DNA of 64,000 bases from positions 608,001-672,000 of the forward strand of contig CP084166.1 in assembly GCA_021513695.1 (NCBI GenBank). Reading direction: 5' to 3'. The translations under genes were made by a program, and so were the position numbers. Of this stretch, positions 9,433 through 16,101 are shown one piece after another; position 1 is the stretch's first letter, and every line of letters starts with the position of its first letter. The DNA is from Candidatus Heimdallarchaeum aukensis (lineage in GTDB: Archaea; Asgardarchaeota; Heimdallarchaeia; Heimdallarchaeales; Heimdallarchaeaceae). The notes below the pieces were generated by a model, which made no database searches, was not told the origin of the DNA, and saw only the letters and a list, made by a program, of their open reading frames with translations.

Positions 9433-10287
9433 ATGGAAAGTTTAGCAAATAAATTCAAGAAAATTAACAATAATATTAATGTTTTAATCAGTCAAATTAA
9501 AAAAGTTATAATTATCCAACTTAACTATCCAATAGACTTTGTTACACAAATATTCACAGCAGTTTTTGTTGGTTTATGGTTCGTCTTTCTTTTCCAGTCA
9601 TTATCTAGTGGAAATGTTTCTGAATCAAGTGATTTTGGAGCTTTTATGGTTTGGGGTTTAGTCGCCTTCTTCTTCTACAGTACAGCTTTATGGTCTATAG
9701 GTAGATTCGTAAGAAGAGAACAATTAACAGGAACTTTGGAATCTATTTGGATTACACCAAATAATAAAAATTGGGTAATTATTTCGAATGGAGTGGGAGA
9801 ATACTTCATTTTTGCTGCTGCAAACCTATTTATAATTACAGCTTTCTCACTTTTTGTTAAAATACCTTTTAACAATCTTGGAATGGGAATAATTATCTTA
9901 TTTTTAGAGTTTGTTCAATCTATTGGATACGGTCTATTTTATGGAGCTCTTGTCTTCAAAATAAAAAATGCTAATGCAATAAGTAACTTAGTACAGTTTG
10001 GTTCTATAATAATATGTGCAGTTTTCTTTCCCTTTAGCGTTTTCCCAGATTGGATGATATGGATATCTCGACTTCATCCTTTTAGTTGGGTAGTTGATTC
10101 TTTAAGATCTAATATGATGGGTAAAGAGCCTGAACTCATAAATAAAGGTATATGGGGACTAACAGCTTTGCAAACAGAGATTGTTATTCAAATTCTGATA
10201 AATATGGCACTTTTAGCTATTGGTCTGCTACTATTCAATTGTGTAAAAAAGAAAGCTTTAGTTGATGGAACTTTATCTCATTATTAG
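9433..10287 (+). CDS. ABC-2 type transporter permease (second subunit)
   Basis: Paralogous motif REQLTGTLESIWITP, multi-TM profile, and the same operon as the two upstream genes. Confidence 0.8.
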   Translation: MESLANKFKKINNNINVLISQIKKVIIIQLNYPIDFVTQIFTAVFVGLWFVFLFQSLSSGNVSESSDFGAFMVWGLVAFFFYSTALWSIGRFVRREQLTGTLESIWITPNNKNWVIISNGVGEYFIFAAANLFIITAFSLFVKIPFNNLGMGIIILFLEFVQSIGYGLFYGALVFKIKNANAISNLVQFGSIIICAVFFPFSVFPDWMIWISRLHPFSWVVDSLRSNMMGKEPELINKGIWGLTALQTEIVIQILINMALLAIGLLLFNCVKKKALVDGTLSHY

Positions 10288-10298
10288 TTCCATCTCAA

Positions 10299-10883
10299 CT
10301 ATTTTCCAAACAACAATCTAATTTTAGTTTCTATTTCTTTAACCTCTTGCTCTTTTCCCTCTTGTGATAAAACTTTTGCGAGAAGTGATAAAATATCCTT
10401 TGAACCAGGGTTTATTTCTATTGCTTTTTTAAGCAAAGTTTCTGCTTTTGCTAGTTCTTTTTTTTCAACTTTTAGTTTAGCTAATTCAAAAAGCGCAGAA
10501 CTGTTTGTACTATCACTTTCTACTGCTTTTGCAAAAGCATTCTCTGCTTCTTCAACATTTTCAAGTTTTAAATAACAGATACCCAAGTTAAACCAAGTTA
10601 TAGTATCGGAATTGTTAATACTGAGAGCCTTGTTATAAAGTTCTAAAGCTTTTTCAAGATCTCCTTTCTTTTCAGTCAAAACTCCTAAGTTAGTTAAACA
10701 TTGAACATAGCTTGGTTCATACTCTAAAGCAGTTTTATAAGCATGAATGGCTTCATCTATTTCTCCTTTTGACTCGAGAATTGCTCCTAGATTAAACCAC
10801 CCAAAAGGATCTGATGGATTTTCTCTTATATATTCCTTAAGATCTTCTATTATTTCGGACATTTCTTCATCCATTTTTATCAC
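10299..10883 (-). CDS. TPR repeat protein
   Basis: Repeated 34-aa units of the W-x-NLG-x-Y-x6-A-x3-Y-x2-AL-x2-P type (WFNLGAILESKGEIDEAIHAYKTALEYEP, etc.). Confidence 0.85.
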   Translation of the reverse strand: MIKMDEEMSEIIEDLKEYIRENPSDPFGWFNLGAILESKGEIDEAIHAYKTALEYEPSYVQCLTNLGVLTEKKGDLEKALELYNKALSINNSDTITWFNLGICYLKLENVEEAENAFAKAVESDSTNSSALFELAKLKVEKKELAKAETLLKKAIEINPGSKDILSLLAKVLSQEGKEQEVKEIETKIRLLFGK

Positions 10884-11000
10884 TGAACTATTGAACTAGG
10901 AGCTTTTCTCTTTTTCTTTTATATATTTTGCCTATATAAATTTAGGTAGTGTCTAGTTTTCTTCCGACAAAAATATTTGTGGGGACTCTAATAGTAAGAT

Positions 11001-11195
11001 ATGAAAACACAAAAACTATCTGCTCTTTTTAAGAGATGCAGAGTCCCCAAAAAAATAATAATAAAAGCTATTTATGAATATATTGGTTCAAAGAATGGTT
11101 TGAAGACAGTAGCATGGAAGAATGGTTTAACGCATCAAACATTATGCTATTGGGTAAAGAAGTTCAGGCTCTTTAGGGAACGTTTAAAAAAATAA
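11001..11195 (+). CDS. Small standalone helix-turn-helix protein (transposase-OrfA-like HTH), uncertain
   Basis: The 64-aa ORF has NGLTHQTLCYWVKKF, resembling the recognition helix plus W-x-K-K/R-F/Y of IS630/IS3-type N-terminal HTH domains. There is no adjacent DDE domain. It could be a remnant or a spurious ORF. Confidence 0.3.
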   Translation: MKTQKLSALFKRCRVPKKIIIKAIYEYIGSKNGLKTVAWKNGLTHQTLCYWVKKFRLFRERLKK

Positions 11196-11312
11196 CTTTT
11201 TGATTCCAATAAACATTTAATACATTACCTTTTTTATTAATGTACAATTAGATTACAACAACAATTAAATATTAGTCATGCATCTAGTTTATTTGGTAAA
11301 AAAGGGGTAGAA

Positions 11313-13883
11313 ATGTCTTCTAAAGATAAAAAACAATCTTCAGAACTAGAAAAAGCGATATTAGAAGCAAAATCAAGATTACAAAAAGTTGTTTCAAAGA
11401 AAGAAGGAAAATATATAAGAAAAAACGAATTAGAAAATGCGATTAATGAAGCTATTAGGAGTTTAAAACCTGTTTCTGAAGAATTAATTAATAAAAAAAT
11501 GAAAAACAGTGCTTTTAAAGAAGAACTATTAAAAGCAAAGTCTGAACTAAAACAAGTAAAACAAGCAAAGAAGAGAGTAACAAAGAACGAAATGGAATTA
11601 GCTATTAAAGAGGCTATTAAAAATCTAAAACCAATAACTGAAAAAGGAAAAAAACAAATGACTTCAAAAGGAGAACTAGAATTAGCCATTTTAGACGCTT
11701 TTTCTAAACTCATAGAAGTTTCAGAAGAAGAGAAAAACTATGCATTAACTAAAAAAGAACTGGAAATAATAATAAGAGATGCAAAGAGTAAATTGAAAAA
11801 AGTGCCAGGAAAAGAACTTAGGCACGCATTATCTAAAAAAGAGATTGAGCACGAACTAAGAGACCTAAAAAGAAAATTAAAACCTGTTCCAGAACAAGTA
11901 AAAGTTCCAGAACTCTCAGTTAAACAACTTAGAACAGCAATTAAAGAAGCAAAAGTAAGATTAAAACCAGTTCCAGAGAATTTAAAAAGCATAAGTTCTA
12001 TCTCAGTGGGAAGATCAATCAAGAAAGAAGGAGAGAAAATAAAAAGGAAACTTCTTCCAATTCCAGGAGACGCAAAAACTTTTGAAATACAAAATATCGA
12101 ACATATTAAACTCTTTTCTGCAGAAAGATTGGATTTCAAGAAGTTCTTAATAAAACTAGAAAAACAGAAACAACAACCACTACTAAAAATAATAATCAAT
12201 CCAAAAACAAAGTTCTGTAAGATAGAATTAATGAACAAAGATAACCCCACTTCTCCATACAACATTACGGCGGGAGGAGATATTTTAGAATTCACATATA
12301 CTTATCGTTTCTTATTTAAACACGGTTACATAAAAATAGAGAATAACTACCCTCTACTCCTTTCAGATAAACAATGGATTGTGTGGTATCTGAGAGAAAA
12401 AATAGAATTAACTTTCGTGGATATAGCCTTTGCAATGGACGAAACAGTAAGAAACGTGAGAAACTTGTTCAATCAAGCAGAAAAAAGAATAAATCAAATA
12501 CTAGACTTCGTTGTAAATGAAGAGCATTACCAGCTAGTTGCAGCACATGCAATGAAAAGAAAAGGAGTAAGAATACAACAGATTGGAGATACAATAATAG
12601 AGCCAAAAATTACAGAAAAATATCTGATTGAACAACAACAACTAGAAGAGCTAACACATATTGAAGAACTTGAAAAGAAAGTAGAAATACCAAGAGAGTG
12701 GGTAATAAAAACAGCTTATAAAATAGAAACACTAAAGGGAGGATATTATCTGTGGAAAGAGTTTCTAGGAGCACTAAACAAAGATTCCCTGTTGATGATA
12801 GAGAACGACAGCTTACCCCACGAAGAAGAATACTTGATAAACGCAATAGGTTTAGGAGGAGAGATAATTCCTGACATCAAGAGCAACTTCAAAAAACTCA
12901 TAGACATATTCTCAGAAGCTCCAGATGAACTAGTAAAAATAGGAGATACAGCCTTTTTCATGGGTTATATGGATAACATTTATTCTAGCCAATTTTGGAA
13001 TATAAGAAACTTCGTTAAAGGAAACAGGAAAAATTGGAAAAAAGATTTCGTAAAAATAGCAATAAAAGCATATTCAAAAGCTCTAGAAAAAATTAACCCA
13101 GCAGTTTATCCTATAAAGTACGGAGTGCTAAAAAACGATTTAGGAGTGTTCTACTTTTTTCTATCAGAACTAGAGCAAACTAAAAAGAATACTCTAGAAG
13201 CAATCAAAAATATGCAAGAAGCAAAAAATGCATTACCTTTAGAATTCTTTAAAACAAAACATAGCGATATATGCTACAATTTAGGACTAGCCCACTTATT
13301 AATTTCAAAAATAGAAAACAAAGAAGAGAACATAAAACAGGCAATTCTAAATTTCAATTTTGCCCTACAAGGAAGAACATTAAGAATGTACCCTCTAAAA
13401 TACGCGATAACGGAAGTAAATCTAGGAATAGTCTACCAAAAACTGGCAGAAATAGAAGAAACGTCATTAAACTGCACACTAAGTATAGAATCTTATAACA
13501 ACGCTCTACGATCAAACACACTAGACATAATGCCCACAGAAGCAGCAATGATATACAACAACATAGGACTAGCTTATTGCACATTATCAAAAGAACAAGA
13601 AACAGAATACAATATTTCACAAGCATTAATAGTACTAAACGATGCTTTAACAATAAGAAATGAAGCACAGTTCCCAGTTGAATACGCAATAACAACAAGT
13701 ATTTTAGGAAAAGCTTACACAATTTTAGCTACAGTCAAAGAAACAAAAAAGAATTACGAAAAAGCTATATCTGCATTTAACAAAGCAATTAGAATATTTA
13801 TCAAGAAATACGAAGATTTCTATCAAGCTATAATTCATGAAAAGGAGAAAATTGAAGAAAAACTAATAGATATTTCACAATAG
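11313..13883 (+). CDS. Multidomain protein: 9x 28-aa helix-LK[KP]V repeats + sigma70-region-4/LuxR-like HTH + TPR_12-like repeats
   Basis: The N-terminal K/E-rich periodic repeats are listed as a separate feature. The centre has LSDKQWIVWYLREKIELTFVDIAFAMDETVRNVRNLFNQAEKRI, which fits the HTH pattern LSxxxxxVxxL...xxxIAxxxxxSxxTVxxxxxxAxxKL. The C-terminus has 5 or more units of the fP-x-xYA-x-T-x-x-NLG-x-x-Y type, as seen in STAND/CHAT-associated TPRs. Confidence 0.85.
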   Translation: MSSKDKKQSSELEKAILEAKSRLQKVVSKKEGKYIRKNELENAINEAIRSLKPVSEELINKKMKNSAFKEELLKAKSELKQVKQAKKRVTKNEMELAIKEAIKNLKPITEKGKKQMTSKGELELAILDAFSKLIEVSEEEKNYALTKKELEIIIRDAKSKLKKVPGKELRHALSKKEIEHELRDLKRKLKPVPEQVKVPELSVKQLRTAIKEAKVRLKPVPENLKSISSISVGRSIKKEGEKIKRKLLPIPGDAKTFEIQNIEHIKLFSAERLDFKKFLIKLEKQKQQPLLKIIINPKTKFCKIELMNKDNPTSPYNITAGGDILEFTYTYRFLFKHGYIKIENNYPLLLSDKQWIVWYLREKIELTFVDIAFAMDETVRNVRNLFNQAEKRINQILDFVVNEEHYQLVAAHAMKRKGVRIQQIGDTIIEPKITEKYLIEQQQLEELTHIEELEKKVEIPREWVIKTAYKIETLKGGYYLWKEFLGALNKDSLLMIENDSLPHEEEYLINAIGLGGEIIPDIKSNFKKLIDIFSEAPDELVKIGDTAFFMGYMDNIYSSQFWNIRNFVKGNRKNWKKDFVKIAIKAYSKALEKINPAVYPIKYGVLKNDLGVFYFFLSELEQTKKNTLEAIKNMQEAKNALPLEFFKTKHSDICYNLGLAHLLISKIENKEENIKQAILNFNFALQGRTLRMYPLKYAITEVNLGIVYQKLAEIEETSLNCTLSIESYNNALRSNTLDIMPTEAAMIYNNIGLAYCTLSKEQETEYNISQALIVLNDALTIRNEAQFPVEYAITTSILGKAYTILATVKETKKNYEKAISAFNKAIRIFIKKYEDFYQAIIHEKEKIEEKLIDISQ
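11340..12065 (+). repeat. Nine tandem 84-nt (28-aa) coding repeats, consensus [KT]K-x-ELE-x-AI-x-EA-x-x-x-LK[PK]V[PS]E
   Basis: The Leu of the terminal L-K-x-V element falls at protein residues 23, 51, 79, 105, 133, 161, 189, 217 and 247 (counted by hand). Spacings are 28, 28, 26, 28, 28, 28, 28, 30. Confidence 0.85.
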
Positions 13884-13983
13884 TTTTTTCTTTCTTCTAT
13901 TTTCAATTTGCTAAATGTTTAATTAGTATACTGAGACAAATTTTAGGTATTTACTTGATTTATTGGTAGTATTTTTACTTATG

Positions 13984-13993
13984 TTTATAAATA
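13984..13993 (+). promoter_or_regulatory. Candidate archaeal TATA box for the gene starting at 14018
   Basis: tttataaata is centred about 30 nt upstream of the ATG. This is weak evidence because the whole window is AT-rich. Confidence 0.3.
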
Positions 13994-14017
13994 AAAAATA
14001 CTATATTTTATTGCAAA

Positions 14018-16018
14018 ATGAAAAGTTTTTTACCTAAATTTCTGCTTAATGAAATCGATCTTTATTTAGATGATTCTCAGAAGTCTATTTTTGAAGAGAA
14101 GGTTAAAAGTATTGTAAGTAATGCTTCTGACTATGATACGATTTCCAAGGACATTACTGCCTTTCTTTTGAATGAAGATTTTACTGATTTAACGACTTAT
14201 GATCAAATGCTTATTCTTGTTTCAATTCTTCTAAATTACTGGAAAAAGGATTATTCTCTTATTTTTAGCATCTATGACAAATTTCATTCTTTTGATTTAC
14301 CTCTTAGCGTTATGATTTGTTTTCTTCTATTTTTTCAAGAATCTTTTGATTTAACCACTTTTAACCTTTGGAGAGAGAAGATAGAAGAGTACATTACAAA
14401 CATTTCTGATTCTACTGAAAAAGAATTTCTTAAAACTGCTATTGAGCAATTTGCTTCTAAGCTTGAGCAAAGGCCTGAGGTTGGTTATCGTTCTATGAAT
14501 CAGCTTATTCGTTCTCTTGAGGAGAATGAGCATATTTCTTATCGATATCCTTTTGTTTTCGAGGCTTTAGAGATTGATCTTATTCAGTACTCTAACATTT
14601 TAGCTGATGAAGTTTTTTCTGAAATCTGGATTGAGTCCGCTAGAAGAAGAGCTGAAGTTATGGAAAACTATGGCATGTTAGTTCAAGTTAACAGCCTTCT
14701 TGCTAGTATTTTAGTTAAAGAGTATCATCTTGAAAAAGCTAAAGAGAAAATTGAGGAGGGGTTAGAGATTGCTAAGAGGATCAATTCTCCTATTTTAGCT
14801 GCTCAAATTGAGTTGAACAAGGCCTTGTTATTGAAGATGCAAGGTAAGTTGGACGAAGCTTTGAAGTTATATGAAAAAATTGCTAAAGTTAAGAATCTTC
14901 CTCAAACTTTTCAATTGGATATTTACAGTAAAATAGGTGAAATTTATCTCAACAAGGACGAGATAGTTAAAGCTGAAGAATACTACCTTAAAGCTCACGA
15001 GATTAATAAGAAACTTAATTTTATCAATCCTCTTGTTGAAATAGTTATAGGTTACATTAACCTGATTTTAGAGAAAGATAAGGGGGAAGCTTTAGATGAG
15101 GGGTTGAAGATTGCTGAAGAACAGTTTGATTTTTCTTCTATTCCTTACTACTACTTCTACAAAGGTATTTATGAGCAACAAAGGGTTAACTTATCCTTAT
15201 CTATTGAATACCTTGAACAAGCTTTGAACTCTTTTGAGCACCAAAAGAACTTTGAGGGTATTGTTTATACTAACGGTGCATTGGCAGAGTCTTATCTTCA
15301 GATTTACAAGCTTCTTCACGATAACAAATATTCTTCTCGGTTCCTCTATTATATTGACAATCTTATTGAAATACTAAAGGAGTTAAACAATCCTTTGTAT
15401 GTTGAAGCAATAAAGACTAAAGCAGGTTACTATTTAGATAAAGGTTTAATTAAAAATGCTGAAGATCTGTTTATTGATGGAATAGAATTTGCTAGGACAC
15501 GAGGATTAAAAGAGGAAGAAATATATCTTAAGGAATCGCTTACTAACAAGAAGAATTTAACAAAAATAACTTTAGAAGGTACTCAAATACTCTTTAGAAA
15601 AATAAGGATGTTCAGCTTTGGTAAGCATAAAACTGTTCCCACCAAATTATACTTACTTTTAGCCATTAATGAAGCTGGAATTCCTTTAGTTTCTCACTCT
15701 TTTACTGAAGAAGAGATGGTAGATGATCTTTTAGTTTCAGGGTTAATTTCAGCTATAATTAATTTCTCTTCTGAAGTTCTAGGAAAAGGAGGAGAAACCT
15801 TACGATCAATAAATCATGAGGGCAAAGCTGTTATAGTAGAGAAAAAGGACAATGTGATGGGTATCTTAGTTGCTGAAGATGAGAATTTCGAGATGAGACT
15901 GGAACTTAGACAGTTTTTGCAGAAAGCGCTTGATAAGTTAGTTTCTGGACTTCCTATTGTCAGAGAAAACGACAGTGAGATTTTTTCTATTATAGAAGAA
16001 GTTTTTGAGAGAAAATAA
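14018..16018 (+). CDS. TPR-like helical repeat protein with C-terminal longin-like alpha/beta module
   Basis: The central region has TPR-like units (e.g. LNKALLLKMQGKLDEALKLYEKIA, IYSKIGEIYLNKDEIVKAEEYYLKAHEI). The C-terminal 125 aa are KLYLLLAINEAGIPLVSHSF..DDLLVSGLISAIINFSSEVLG..TLRSINHEGKAVIVEKKDNVMGILVAED..FEMRLELRQFLQKALDKL. Confidence 0.8.
   Translation: MKSFLPKFLLNEIDLYLDDSQKSIFEEKVKSIVSNASDYDTISKDITAFLLNEDFTDLTTYDQMLILVSILLNYWKKDYSLIFSIYDKFHSFDLPLSVMICFLLFFQESFDLTTFNLWREKIEEYITNISDSTEKEFLKTAIEQFASKLEQRPEVGYRSMNQLIRSLEENEHISYRYPFVFEALEIDLIQYSNILADEVFSEIWIESARRRAEVMENYGMLVQVNSLLASILVKEYHLEKAKEKIEEGLEIAKRINSPILAAQIELNKALLLKMQGKLDEALKLYEKIAKVKNLPQTFQLDIYSKIGEIYLNKDEIVKAEEYYLKAHEINKKLNFINPLVEIVIGYINLILEKDKGEALDEGLKIAEEQFDFSSIPYYYFYKGIYEQQRVNLSLSIEYLEQALNSFEHQKNFEGIVYTNGALAESYLQIYKLLHDNKYSSRFLYYIDNLIEILKELNNPLYVEAIKTKAGYYLDKGLIKNAEDLFIDGIEFARTRGLKEEEIYLKESLTNKKNLTKITLEGTQILFRKIRMFSFGKHKTVPTKLYLLLAINEAGIPLVSHSFTEEEMVDDLLVSGLISAIINFSSEVLGKGGETLRSINHEGKAVIVEKKDNVMGILVAEDENFEMRLELRQFLQKALDKLVSGLPIVRENDSEIFSIIEEVFERK
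15641..16015 (+). other. Longin-like (beta-beta-alpha-beta-beta-beta-alpha) domain, copy 1
   Basis: The order of hydrophobic strand and helix segments, read from the sequence, matches the longin/SNARE-like fold rather than Roadblock (which begins with a helix). It is shared with 25497..25904 and 33719..34033. Confidence 0.5.
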
Positions 16019-16101
16019 AACTAAAATTAAAACTAAAATTGAAATTAAAAGCAAAATTGAAATTATAAAATCAAAGAAGGTAAAAATTAGGAAAAAAGAG
16101 A

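Noticed and set aside
10980-11049. 10-bp perfect, G+C-rich inverted repeat tggggactct ... agagtcccca with a 50-nt spacer, straddling the start codon of the small HTH ORF
   Set aside because: It could be a regulatory hairpin or an IS-end remnant. However, the arms do not extend, and I see no C/D-box, tRNA-like or terminator context. A single 10-bp inverted repeat at this distance is not clearly beyond chance in 64 kb, so there is not enough to call a feature.
11276-12295. Two long antisense ORFs (11276..11713 and 11738..12295, minus strand) opposite the repeat protein
   Set aside because: They are mirror images of a K/E-rich coding repeat. Their translations are F/S/L/C-rich low-complexity strings with no motifs, and they fully overlap a much longer, better-structured gene. 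The same reasoning applies to the other antisense track ORFs inside strong genes (e.g. 6318..6869, 13354..13722, 17309..17620, 39194..39487, 60151..60411).
16019-16101. Tandem-looking aaactaaaatt / aaaattgaaatt repeats between convergent genes, checked as a possible mini-CRISPR or satellite
   Set aside because: The units are very short, imperfect, A/T-only low-complexity repeats with no spacer structure. This is more likely a T/A-rich termination zone shared by two convergent genes.
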